Positions 27,826-36,170 of a stretch of DNA of 43,281 bases are shown piece by piece (position 1 is the first letter of the stretch; each line of letters opens with the position of its first letter). The DNA lies in the NCBI GenBank assembly GCA_027031265.1, contig JALVRO010000101.1:1-43281 (forward strand), written 5' to 3'. The position numbers were made by a program, and so were the translations under genes. The notes beneath the pieces are model-generated. The model worked only from the letters and a program-made list of their open reading frames with translations. It searched no databases and had not been told where the DNA came from. Source of the stretch: Bacteroidales bacterium (GTDB taxonomy: Bacteria; Bacteroidota; Bacteroidia; Bacteroidales; S143-33).

Positions 27826-28997
27826 TCATCGATAAGAAGTAATTTTTTCACTATCTCTATCATTTCTCTGTTACCTGTGTATTTACCTTTATCGTCTGAC
27901 AATTTAATTGTTGGCACGAGTCTACCATTTTCTGTGTATATACTGTCCATCTTAATCACAATGTTCAGCGGCGTTACGCCAACATCATTTGTAAGATTAG
28001 TGCCAATGCCAAAGGAGATGCCGATTTTGCCTTTCACTATATCAACAATATGCTTAACTTTTTGGGGATTAAGGGCGTCAGAAAAGACAATAACCTTGGA
28101 GATCGGGTCTATTCTCAGTTTTTTATAGTGATCCACAGCCAACATTGCAAATTTGATAGGATCACCACTATCCTGCCTGACACCATCAAAAAGCTTGGAC
28201 AACTTAGTATTAAAACTTCTAAAAAATACTTCGCTCGTAAATGTATCAGCTAAAGCTATTCCCAGGTTACCCTGAAAAACATCGGCCCAATTCTCAAGAG
28301 CCAGTTCATTTGCCCTTGTGTAACCAAAAGCTGCACCGTGGTACATAAACCATTCATGAGCCTGCGTGCCTATAGGAGTAAGACTGTATTTATGGGCTAA
28401 ATGCACATTACTTGTTCCGATAAAAGCGGGTCTACCATTTTCTTTAAGTAACTTGACGACAAGATCATGGTTTTTGTATGAATAACGCCGTCTTGTGCCA
28501 AAGTCTGCATATCGTATATCTAGATCATTGAAAAATTTGGCCTTGTCTACCACTGTCTGTTTTATAATATCATAGCTATTCGGCTTCTGATTTGTCAAGG
28601 TGAAATAAAGCTCAGAAATAAGCGCCATAAGAGGCACCTCCCAGAGAATTGTTCTATACCAGAAGCCATCGACATAAAGCTCAAGGTCACCATCTCTTTG
28701 CATAATTGTAACCTCAGAAGGATCATATCTATATCCTTCGAGAAAATCTAAATAAAACTCTGGCAAATAATAGCATTTTTCCCTGAGATATTGTTTTTCT
28801 TCCTGTGTAAGATAAAGATCTGACATTTGCTCAACAAGTCTACCAAGCTCTTTGTCAAACCCAGATGGAAAGGGTGTAATACCACGGTTAACAAATCTAT
28901 ACCTGACTTTTGCTTTGGGGAACTTTTCTATAACTGCATATTGCATTGTAAATTTATAGAGATCATTATCCAGGATAGATAGCATTGGAAACTCCAT
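27822..28997 (-). CDS. pncB: Nicotinate phosphoribosyltransferase
   Basis: 391 aa. N-terminus LDNDLYKFTMQYAV, then FGTRRR, GTSNVHLA and a C-terminal LSDDKGK. The family pattern matches PncB. Its stop overlaps the convergent ansA stop by 4 nt. Confidence 0.9.
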   Translation of the reverse strand: MEFPMLSILDNDLYKFTMQYAVIEKFPKAKVRYRFVNRGITPFPSGFDKELGRLVEQMSDLYLTQEEKQYLREKCYYLPEFYLDFLEGYRYDPSEVTIMQRDGDLELYVDGFWYRTILWEVPLMALISELYFTLTNQKPNSYDIIKQTVVDKAKFFNDLDIRYADFGTRRRYSYKNHDLVVKLLKENGRPAFIGTSNVHLAHKYSLTPIGTQAHEWFMYHGAAFGYTRANELALENWADVFQGNLGIALADTFTSEVFFRSFNTKLSKLFDGVRQDSGDPIKFAMLAVDHYKKLRIDPISKVIVFSDALNPQKVKHIVDIVKGKIGISFGIGTNLTNDVGVTPLNIVIKMDSIYTENGRLVPTIKLSDDKGKYTGNREMIEIVKKLLLIDD

Positions 28998-29040
28998 TGC
29001 TGAACAATTTTGTTTTTATTGTAATTTTAAACAATTTATT

Positions 29041-29048
29041 TATGTTTG
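29041..29048 (+). promoter_or_regulatory. Candidate -7 box TATGTTTG
   Basis: Exact TAnnTTTG lies 18 nt upstream of the ATG at 29067. It overlaps the TTG at 29046 that the ORF track used as a start. Confidence 0.45.
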
Positions 29049-29066
29049 GAAAAAATTTCTACATCA

Positions 29067-29513
29067 ATGGCTCAAGAACCTAAAAATTACAGGCATAGAA
29101 TATTACGTTTTTTTGATGTTTTTGAAAATGTTTTTGCACTGAGCTTTGCTATAGGCCTCTTTTTGCTGACAAAGGAAGTCACATGGTCAAAGGTGGTTAT
29201 TTGGGTTGGAATTATTGGCCTGACTTTCATTTATTTAATCAGATCCTTTGAGTCGCCCAAGGAGAATATTGGCTTATACGTAACTTATAAATTAATGTGG
29301 TTAGGCTATATCCTGGCCTTATTTGGGATTTATTCGCGATTAGAACTTTTAGAAAAATCCCTCATGTTAATTTATATCTCAATAGGTACACTGGTAGCAG
29401 CACTGTTAGGAATTACTATTTTTCGCATGAAAAGTAAGGGGCTAATTGATGCTAAAGATATTGTTAGGTTGCTTACATTTCTGGTAATAACATTCTTATT
29501 TTCAATAATATAA
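29067..29513 (+). CDS. Hypothetical four-TM membrane protein
   Basis: The track start at 29046 is a TTG inside the putative -7 box, so I use the ATG at 29067 (MAQEPKNY), giving 148 aa. Four hydrophobic helices are present. I recognise no family. Confidence 0.5.
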   Translation: MAQEPKNYRHRILRFFDVFENVFALSFAIGLFLLTKEVTWSKVVIWVGIIGLTFIYLIRSFESPKENIGLYVTYKLMWLGYILALFGIYSRLELLEKSLMLIYISIGTLVAALLGITIFRMKSKGLIDAKDIVRLLTFLVITFLFSII

Positions 29514-29524
29514 ATTAATAAAAT

Positions 29525-30139
29525 ATGGATGCACAGAATTTCAACAAAATCTTTCGCGAGTGTATAGAAAAATATCATGAGATTGACGAAATAGACCAGC
29601 CTTATGACAATCCATACCAGGGCTTTGAAGGTCTTCTATATGAAAAATGCTGGATTGACACAATGCAATGGCATCTGGAAGACATTATCCGCAAGCCAGA
29701 CATTGACCCTGTGGAAGGTATTAAAATAAAACGCAGAATTGATGAGCTTAACCAGAAAAGAACCGACCTTGTAGAACTCATCGACGAGTATATTTATAAT
29801 TTGTACAAAGATGTGCCTGTTAGTTCCGATGCACGACTAAACACAGAAACACCGGGCTGGGCTATCGACCGCCTTTCAATACTTAACCTGAAAATCTATC
29901 ATTGGGAACTAGAAGCTAATAGAAAGGATGCTAGCGACGAACATAGAAAAAAAGCACAGCAAAAACTAGATATTCTACTGAGACAACAAAAAGACCTCAC
30001 GCTAGCAATAAACCAATTACTCAAGGAACTATCAGAGGGAAAAGCAATAGCTCGCACTTATAAACAAATGAAAATGTACAATGATCCAGAACTAAACCCA
30101 GTGCTGAGACAATACAAAAAACTAAAGAATGAAGGATAA
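29525..30139 (+). CDS. DUF4254 domain protein
   Basis: 204 aa. The pattern CWIDTMQWHLEDIIRKPDI...KRRIDELNQKRTDLVELIDE...WAIDRLSILNLKIYH matches DUF4254 as I remember it. It overlaps the downstream GT9 gene by 11 nt. Confidence 0.65.
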   Translation: MDAQNFNKIFRECIEKYHEIDEIDQPYDNPYQGFEGLLYEKCWIDTMQWHLEDIIRKPDIDPVEGIKIKRRIDELNQKRTDLVELIDEYIYNLYKDVPVSSDARLNTETPGWAIDRLSILNLKIYHWELEANRKDASDEHRKKAQQKLDILLRQQKDLTLAINQLLKELSEGKAIARTYKQMKMYNDPELNPVLRQYKKLKNEG

Positions 30140-31142
30140 ACTTCTGATTATACGCTTCTCAGCCCTTGGCGATGTTGCCATGGCTGCACACTTGATTAAT
30201 TTCATAAAGAAGCAACAACCTGATTTAGAAGTCTTTGTACTAAGCAAACCACATTTTTACCCAATATTTAAACCACTGAGTATTACAACAATACCAGTAG
30301 ATCTGAAAGGCCAGCACAAAGGTTTTGCTGGCCTTCTTCGCCTATCTAGAGAAATCAGTAAACAGAAAATTAAATATATAGCTGATATACATGGAGTTAT
30401 CAGATCCTTTATTCTAGACTTTTTCCTCTTTATATTTGGGGAGAAAATAAGCATTATAAACAAAGAGAGGCGAAAGAAAAAAGCTATTACCAGAGGTAGG
30501 GATATAAAAATTATCCACACGATTGAAAGGTACAACAGAGTATTACACAATCTCGGAATAAACATTGATATCACACAACCTATTGAGCCTCTGGCTTTTG
30601 AACTCGAGGTTGCTGTAAAAAAAAGATTCATTGACAGAGAAAAGAAAAACATAGGTATTGCTCCTTTTGCTGCACACAAGAACAAAGAATATCCACTGGA
30701 ACTGATGGAGCAAGTAATAGCTGAATTGAATGCTAGGAATGATGCCAATATCCTCATTTTTGGCGGCGGCAAGAGAGAAAAACAAACCGCCCTAGTGTGG
30801 GAAAATAAATATAAAAACGTTCGGTCTGTAATCGGACTACTTAGCCTTGAACAAGAAATAGGATTAATAGGACAGTTGGATTTGATTGTGACAATGGATT
30901 CGGGAAACATGCACCTGGCATCACTTACAAAGACTAAAAATCTAATAATCTGGGGAGGAACACACCCAAAAATGGGTTTCACTCCTGTGGGCAACTTTGA
31001 TGAAAATCTTAGCATCATTAAAAATCTTCCATGCCAGCCATGCTCTGTCTTTGGCTCAGGAAAGTGCAAAAGAGGTGATTTTGCATGTCTTTACCAGATT
31101 CACCCACAGGAAATAGTTAAAAAAATAAAAGAAAACACATAG
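30129..31142 (+). CDS. Glycosyltransferase family 9 (heptosyltransferase-like)
   Basis: 337 aa. N-terminus KLLIIRFSALGDVAMAAHLI, and a C-terminal MDSGNMHLASL...IWGGTHP, as in RfaF/RfaC-type GT9 enzymes. Confidence 0.85.
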   Translation: MKDKLLIIRFSALGDVAMAAHLINFIKKQQPDLEVFVLSKPHFYPIFKPLSITTIPVDLKGQHKGFAGLLRLSREISKQKIKYIADIHGVIRSFILDFFLFIFGEKISIINKERRKKKAITRGRDIKIIHTIERYNRVLHNLGINIDITQPIEPLAFELEVAVKKRFIDREKKNIGIAPFAAHKNKEYPLELMEQVIAELNARNDANILIFGGGKREKQTALVWENKYKNVRSVIGLLSLEQEIGLIGQLDLIVTMDSGNMHLASLTKTKNLIIWGGTHPKMGFTPVGNFDENLSIIKNLPCQPCSVFGSGKCKRGDFACLYQIHPQEIVKKIKENT

Positions 31143-31157
31143 TTAAAAAATGTAATT

Positions 31158-31165
31158 TAGATTTG
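31158..31165 (+). promoter_or_regulatory. Candidate -7 box TAGATTTG upstream of the U32 gene
   Basis: Exact TAnnTTTG lies 106 nt upstream of the ATG at 31272, which implies a leader of about 100 nt. Confidence 0.35.
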
Positions 31166-31194
31166 TAGACTAATCCAGTAACAACCTCATTCAC

Positions 31195-31227
31195 ATACAA
31201 GAATTCTTCTGAGTTAACTTCTTGTAT
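31195..31227 (+). promoter_or_regulatory. Hairpin in the GT9/U32 intergenic region (weak terminator or leader structure)
   Basis: Perfect 9-bp stem atacaagaa (31195-31203) / ttcttgtat (31219-31227) with a 15-nt loop. An alternative palindrome aagaattctt is present. The hairpin is followed by ttaatac and then a G-poor CA-rich tract up to the ATG. Confidence 0.35.
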
Positions 31228-31271
31228 TTAATACACCTCACATCTCTACATTAACATAACGAATTCATACC

Positions 31272-32513
31272 ATGGAAGCAAGGAATATTGAAATAATGGC
31301 TCCGTCTGGCAACTTTGAGACTCTGATGGCTGCAATACAGGGTGGGGCAAATTCAGTATACTTTGGAGTAGAGCACCTGAATATGAGGGCAAAGTCTGCT
31401 AATAACTTCAGACTTGCTGAGCTCAAGGACGTCATGGATTCTCTCCACAGATACAATGTCAAGGGTTATCTGGCTGTTAATACGATTATCTATGATCATG
31501 AACTCCGACTTATGAACATGCTGCTGGACAAGGCAGCTGAAAGTGGAGTAGACGCTATTATAGCATCTGACATGGCAGTAGTACAAGCAGCAAGACAAAG
31601 AGGTCTGTCTATTCACGCCTCCACACAGCTAAATATAAGTAACATAGAGGCTTTAAAATTTTATTCCCAGTTCTGTGACACAGTGGTGCTGGCCCGCGAG
31701 CTGACCCTTAACCAGACAAAGAAAATCGTAGAAGCCATAGAGAATGAAAATATCACTGGTCCGGGCGGCGAGAAGGTTAAGGTTGAAATCTTTGCACATG
31801 GTGCACTGTGTATGGCAATATCAGGTAAATGCTACCTTAGCCTGCACGAGTTTAATTCCTCTGCAAACCGCGGAGCATGCCTGCAGACATGTCGTAGACC
31901 ATACATTGTCATAGACAAGGAGACGGGGTACGAACTGGAGATAGATAATGAATACATTATGTCACCAAAGGACCTGGCAACAATATTCTTTCTTGATAAA
32001 ATATTGGAATCAGGTGTTAGCATACTAAAGATAGAGGGTCGAGCCAGACCTCCAGAGTATGTCAAGACTACTACCAGGGTTTATAAAGAGGCCTCACAAG
32101 CAGTTCTTGATGGCACATATACACAGGAAAAAGTAAAACAGTGGACCCAAGAGCTCAAAAAAGTTTTTAACCGCGGATTCTGGGATGGTTACTACCTTGG
32201 CAGAAGGCTTGGTGAGTGGGCAAATACGCACGGATCCAAAGCCACAAGAAAAAAAGTATTTGTGGGTGTGATTTCAAACTATTTCAGCAAAATTGGAGTG
32301 GCTGAAGTTATGTTGCAAGCGGATTCCCTAAACAAAGGTGAAGATATACTCATTATAGGCAACAAGACTGGCGTTATTGAACAAAGCATCGAAGAGATAC
32401 GTGTGGACGACAAACCAATCGACAAAGCTCCTAAAGGAAGTATAGCCTCATTTCCTGTCACGCAAAAAGTACGTAAGAATGATAAAGTCTACAAATGGAT
32501 TAAGGTTGAATAA
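31272..32513 (+). CDS. Peptidase U32 family protein (Fe-S cluster type, UbiU/TrhP-like family)
   Basis: 413 aa. Shows IMAPSGNFETLMAAIQGGANSVYFG, and the Cys cluster HGALCMAISGKCYLS...NRGACLQTCRRPY typical of U32 proteins. Confidence 0.88.
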   Translation: MEARNIEIMAPSGNFETLMAAIQGGANSVYFGVEHLNMRAKSANNFRLAELKDVMDSLHRYNVKGYLAVNTIIYDHELRLMNMLLDKAAESGVDAIIASDMAVVQAARQRGLSIHASTQLNISNIEALKFYSQFCDTVVLARELTLNQTKKIVEAIENENITGPGGEKVKVEIFAHGALCMAISGKCYLSLHEFNSSANRGACLQTCRRPYIVIDKETGYELEIDNEYIMSPKDLATIFFLDKILESGVSILKIEGRARPPEYVKTTTRVYKEASQAVLDGTYTQEKVKQWTQELKKVFNRGFWDGYYLGRRLGEWANTHGSKATRKKVFVGVISNYFSKIGVAEVMLQADSLNKGEDILIIGNKTGVIEQSIEEIRVDDKPIDKAPKGSIASFPVTQKVRKNDKVYKWIKVE

Positions 32514-32532
32514 TTATTTTTAAAAAAATTCA

Positions 32533-32540
32533 TAACTTTG
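32533..32540 (+). promoter_or_regulatory. Candidate -7 box TAACTTTG
   Basis: Exact TAnnTTTG lies 24 nt upstream of the ATG at 32565. It contains the TTG at 32538 used as a start by the ORF track. Confidence 0.45.
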
Positions 32541-32564
32541 TCGAAACATTCCAGATACTCGGAC

Positions 32565-33167
32565 ATGGAAGATAAGATTGAACTAGAAATAATGGGCCTT
32601 ACCTATACAGAACATGCACAACCAACTTATATTCTCATACTCAAAGAAAAATACGGCGCACGCCGCCTGCCCATTGTTATTGGCCCATTTGAGGCTCAGT
32701 CTATTGCTATTAAACTAGACAAAATCACTCCAAAACGCCCTATTACTCACGACCTTACAACTAACATACTCAAAACTTTTGGTATAAAAATCACTGAAGT
32801 CACGATTGTTAGGATGCTTGAGGATATCTTCTATGGAGAAATTACTCTCGAAAAAGATGGACATGTATACAAAATAGACTCTCGCCCATCAGATGCTATC
32901 GCCTTGGCCCTAAGGTTCGAATGTCCTATCTATGCCACAAAACAGGTACTTGATGTAGCAGGTATTGATATTAGCAAACTTCAGCAGCAACAGCAAAAAG
33001 AGCAATCAAGCGAGCAAAGCACACAACAAAGTGATGAAACAAGCTATCTGAGCAAGCTCTCCCTCGAAGAACTTAATAAACTAATGCAAAAAGCAATAGA
33101 AGACGAAAACTACGAATTAGCTTCCAAAATACGAGACGAGATAAGAAGACGACAAGGCGAAACATAA
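32565..33167 (+). CDS. Bifunctional nuclease (DUF151) with C-terminal UVR motif
   Basis: I use the ATG at 32565 (MEDKIELEIMGL), giving 200 aa. Shows the DUF151 pattern LPIVIGPFEAQSIAIKL...RPITHDL...IDSRPSDAIALALR, a Q-rich linker, and a UVR-like tail (NYELASKIRDEIRRR). Confidence 0.8.
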   Translation: MEDKIELEIMGLTYTEHAQPTYILILKEKYGARRLPIVIGPFEAQSIAIKLDKITPKRPITHDLTTNILKTFGIKITEVTIVRMLEDIFYGEITLEKDGHVYKIDSRPSDAIALALRFECPIYATKQVLDVAGIDISKLQQQQQKEQSSEQSTQQSDETSYLSKLSLEELNKLMQKAIEDENYELASKIRDEIRRRQGET

Positions 33168-33179
33168 AAACATTTTACT

Positions 33180-34439
33180 ATGGACAATAATCATTTGAAA
33201 CTGAGGTTAACTATTCTAAATTTTTTGCAATTTTTCGTATGGGGTGCCTGGCTTTTATCTTTTGGTAAATATCTGGGCGCTAGTCTGCATTTTACAGGAG
33301 AGCAGATTGGTAAAATATTCATGACCATGGGACTAGCATCACTATTCATGCCAGGAATAATGGGTATAATAGCTGACCGATGGATAAGCCCAAACAAATT
33401 ATATGCGTTTTCTCATCTTATAGGTGCTTTTCTGTTGTACCTTGCCTCTAAAGAATCAGCTTTCAGACCTCTATACTCTGTTATATTAATATACTTGATG
33501 CTCTACATGCCTACCATTGCACTGGATAATAGTATTTGCTATTGTCTGCTAAGCAGGAGAGGTTATGACGTTGTAAAGGTATTTCCACCAATCCGTGTGT
33601 GGGGTACAATAGGCTTCATTATTGCGACATGGATAACAGACCTTATGGGCTGGGGCACAAACGCAACACAGCTATACTTTGCCGCTATTTCATCATTCAT
33701 ACTTGGAGCTTATGCCCTAACTCTGCCTGATTGTGGTGTAACCAAGTCTGCTGAGAAAAAAACTCTTGCACAGGCACTTGGCCTGGATGCTTTTGTGCTG
33801 TTCAAGGAAAAGAGAATGGCCATCTTTCTGATTTTTTCAATGCTCCTGGGCGCTGCCCTGCAAATCACAAATATGTGGGGGGAAGCATTCCTCCATGACT
33901 TTGGAAATAATCCAGTATATACAAATGCCTTTGCTGTCAAATACAATGGTATATTAATGTCCCTGTCCCAGATATCCGAAACACTCTTTATCCTTACTAT
34001 ACCTTTTTTTCTCAAACGCTTTGGTATTAAGCGTGTTATGCTGATGAGTATGTTTGCATGGTTTTTTAGATTTGGATTATTTGGTATAGGAAGTCCTACT
34101 GGCTGGGGACTGATAGCACTTATATTGTCAATGATTGTTTATGGTATGGCCTTTGACTTCTTTAACATCTCTGGTTCTCTTTTCGTAGAAACAGAAGTGG
34201 ATAAAAAAATCAGAGCCAGCGCTCAAGGCCTATTTATGATAATGACTAATGGACTGGGTGCAATGATCGGTGCTTATGCTAGTGGTGTCATTGTAGACCT
34301 TTTCACCAAAGACGGTGTAAGAGACTGGCCACACATCTGGATGACCTTCTCACTCTATGCACTAATTATCGCAATCCTGTTCATGATATTATTTAAGTAC
34401 AAACACGAACCTGAAAAGATTAAAAACATAACACACTAA
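33180..34439 (+). CDS. nupG: MFS nucleoside:H+ symporter (NupG/XapB family)
   Basis: 419 aa with about 12 TM helices. The N-terminus LRLTILNFLQFFVWGAWLLSFGKYL and the motif GIIADRW are typical of the NupG family. Confidence 0.8.
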   Translation: MDNNHLKLRLTILNFLQFFVWGAWLLSFGKYLGASLHFTGEQIGKIFMTMGLASLFMPGIMGIIADRWISPNKLYAFSHLIGAFLLYLASKESAFRPLYSVILIYLMLYMPTIALDNSICYCLLSRRGYDVVKVFPPIRVWGTIGFIIATWITDLMGWGTNATQLYFAAISSFILGAYALTLPDCGVTKSAEKKTLAQALGLDAFVLFKEKRMAIFLIFSMLLGAALQITNMWGEAFLHDFGNNPVYTNAFAVKYNGILMSLSQISETLFILTIPFFLKRFGIKRVMLMSMFAWFFRFGLFGIGSPTGWGLIALILSMIVYGMAFDFFNISGSLFVETEVDKKIRASAQGLFMIMTNGLGAMIGAYASGVIVDLFTKDGVRDWPHIWMTFSLYALIIAILFMILFKYKHEPEKIKNITH

Positions 34440-34444
34440 AAAAC

Positions 34445-34475
34445 AAAGGGACTGCCCAGGCAGTCCCTTTTAAAT
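34445..34475 (+). terminator. Rho-independent terminator after the nucleoside transporter gene
   Basis: Perfect 11-bp stem aaagggactgc (34445-34455) / gcagtcccttt (34460-34470) with a 4-nt loop, followed by taaatttt. Confidence 0.8.
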
Positions 34476-34484
34476 TTTCTTGCC

Positions 34485-36071
34485 ATGAAAATAAAAACAG
34501 ACTATCTGGTAATAGGATCAGGAATAGCAGGTTTGATGTTCGCACTAAAGGCTGCCAGCTACGGAAAAGTAACAATTATCACAAAGGCAGCTCTGGACGA
34601 ATCAAATACAAAATTTGCTCAAGGAGGGATTGCTTCTGTAATGTATCCACCGGATTACTTCGAAAAACACATAGAAGATACACTCAGGGCAGGAGACGGA
34701 CTTAATGACGAGGAGGTTGTCCGCATGGTGGTGACTCAGGCACCAGAGCGCATCAAAGAACTGATCGAGCTTGGAGTCGAATTTGACAAAAAAGATAATG
34801 GACAATTTGAACTGGGAAGGGAAGGAGGACATAGCTTCCACAGAATCCTTCACCACAAGGACAACACAGGTCAGGAAATAGAGCTCAAGCTCATAGACAG
34901 GGTACGAAACCATCCAGATATCGAAATTCTGGAAAACCATTTTGCTCTTGACCTTATTACACAGCATCATCTGGGTTATCCTGTATCATACTGCCAGGAT
35001 AATATCGTATGCTTCGGAGCGTATGCACAGGATGTCAAAACAGGCCAGATAAAAACTTTTCTGAGCAAAATTACCTATCTGGCAACTGGCGGTATAGGTA
35101 ATATTTATCAGACTACGACTAATCCTTCTATCGCTACAGGTGATGGAATTGCCATGGCTTACAGGGCTAAGGCCAAGATCACGCACATGGAATTCGTCCA
35201 ATTTCATCCTACAGCTTTATACAATCCAGGTGAAAGGCCAGCATTCCTGATAACAGAAGCATTACGTGGCTTTGGTGCAAAGCTACGTAATAGCAAGGGT
35301 GAATTATTCATGGAAAGCTACCATCCTCTTGGAGATCTGGCTCCTCGTGATATTGTTGCACGCGCTATTGATAATGAAATGAAAAAACATGGCGTTGACT
35401 TTGTTTTTCTCGATGCTACACATATACCTAAAGCTGAGCTCAAAAGTCATTTCCCACACATATACGAAAAATGCTTATCTTTAGGTATAGACATTAGCAA
35501 GGATATGATACCTGTCGTACCAGCAGCACATTACAGTTGTGGAGGCGTGAAAGTAGACCATACTGGCAAAACTTCTATAGAAAATCTGTACGCCGGGGGT
35601 GAAGTGGCGGCAACAGGACTACATGGAGCCAACCGTCTGGCTTCTAACTCACTACTCGAAGCCGTTGTTTTTGCACACAACAGTGCATTGGCTTCTAAAG
35701 ATCTGATCAAAGACATAAACTATCAAACCGAAATACCAGACTGGGATGACGAAGGCACTAGACTTCTGGAGGAAATGGTGCTTATTTCACAGGAATTTAA
35801 AGAGCTGCAGCAGATTATGACTAATTACGTTGGTATAGTAAGATCCAATCTCAGGTTGCACCGTGCCCTCAAAAGGCTCGAAATTCTATATCATGAAACA
35901 GAAGAAATATATGAGCGCTCCACAATAAATCAGAGAATATGCGAACTGCGCAATGCTATTAACGTAGGGTACCTTATTACCAAAATGGCTCTCCGCAGAA
36001 AGGAAAGTCGCGGACTACACTATAATGTTGATTATCCTTATAAGCTGAAAGAAAATCGCTTTTTATCATAA
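34485..36071 (+). CDS. nadB: L-aspartate oxidase
   Basis: 528 aa. FAD motif DYLVIGSGIAGL, then AQGGIA, HPTAL, RGFGAKL, HYSCGGV and GLHGANRLASNSLLE. Confidence 0.95.
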   Translation: MKIKTDYLVIGSGIAGLMFALKAASYGKVTIITKAALDESNTKFAQGGIASVMYPPDYFEKHIEDTLRAGDGLNDEEVVRMVVTQAPERIKELIELGVEFDKKDNGQFELGREGGHSFHRILHHKDNTGQEIELKLIDRVRNHPDIEILENHFALDLITQHHLGYPVSYCQDNIVCFGAYAQDVKTGQIKTFLSKITYLATGGIGNIYQTTTNPSIATGDGIAMAYRAKAKITHMEFVQFHPTALYNPGERPAFLITEALRGFGAKLRNSKGELFMESYHPLGDLAPRDIVARAIDNEMKKHGVDFVFLDATHIPKAELKSHFPHIYEKCLSLGIDISKDMIPVVPAAHYSCGGVKVDHTGKTSIENLYAGGEVAATGLHGANRLASNSLLEAVVFAHNSALASKDLIKDINYQTEIPDWDDEGTRLLEEMVLISQEFKELQQIMTNYVGIVRSNLRLHRALKRLEILYHETEEIYERSTINQRICELRNAINVGYLITKMALRRKESRGLHYNVDYPYKLKENRFLS

Positions 36072-36135
36072 GCTAACATGCTTAACACTATGTTTTTTAG
36101 TGATGAAAATAACACATAATTAACATTTTTGAGAT

Positions 36136-36143
36136 TATATTTG
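36136..36143 (+). promoter_or_regulatory. Candidate -7 box TATATTTG for maeB
   Basis: Exact TAnnTTTG lies 27 nt upstream of the ATG at 36171. Confidence 0.45.
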
Positions 36144-36170
36144 GAACGTCAATCATAAAAATTTTAAACC

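Noticed and set aside
30257-31069. 270-aa ORF antisense to the GT9 gene, unusually long for AT-rich DNA
   Set aside because: It lies entirely within a well-supported GT9 CDS. Its composition is S/L/F/I/C-rich with no recognisable motif. Its frame is offset such that stops require sense-strand NNT-TAN, NNC-TAN or NNT-CAN junctions, which makes it a typical shadow frame. There is no promoter box.
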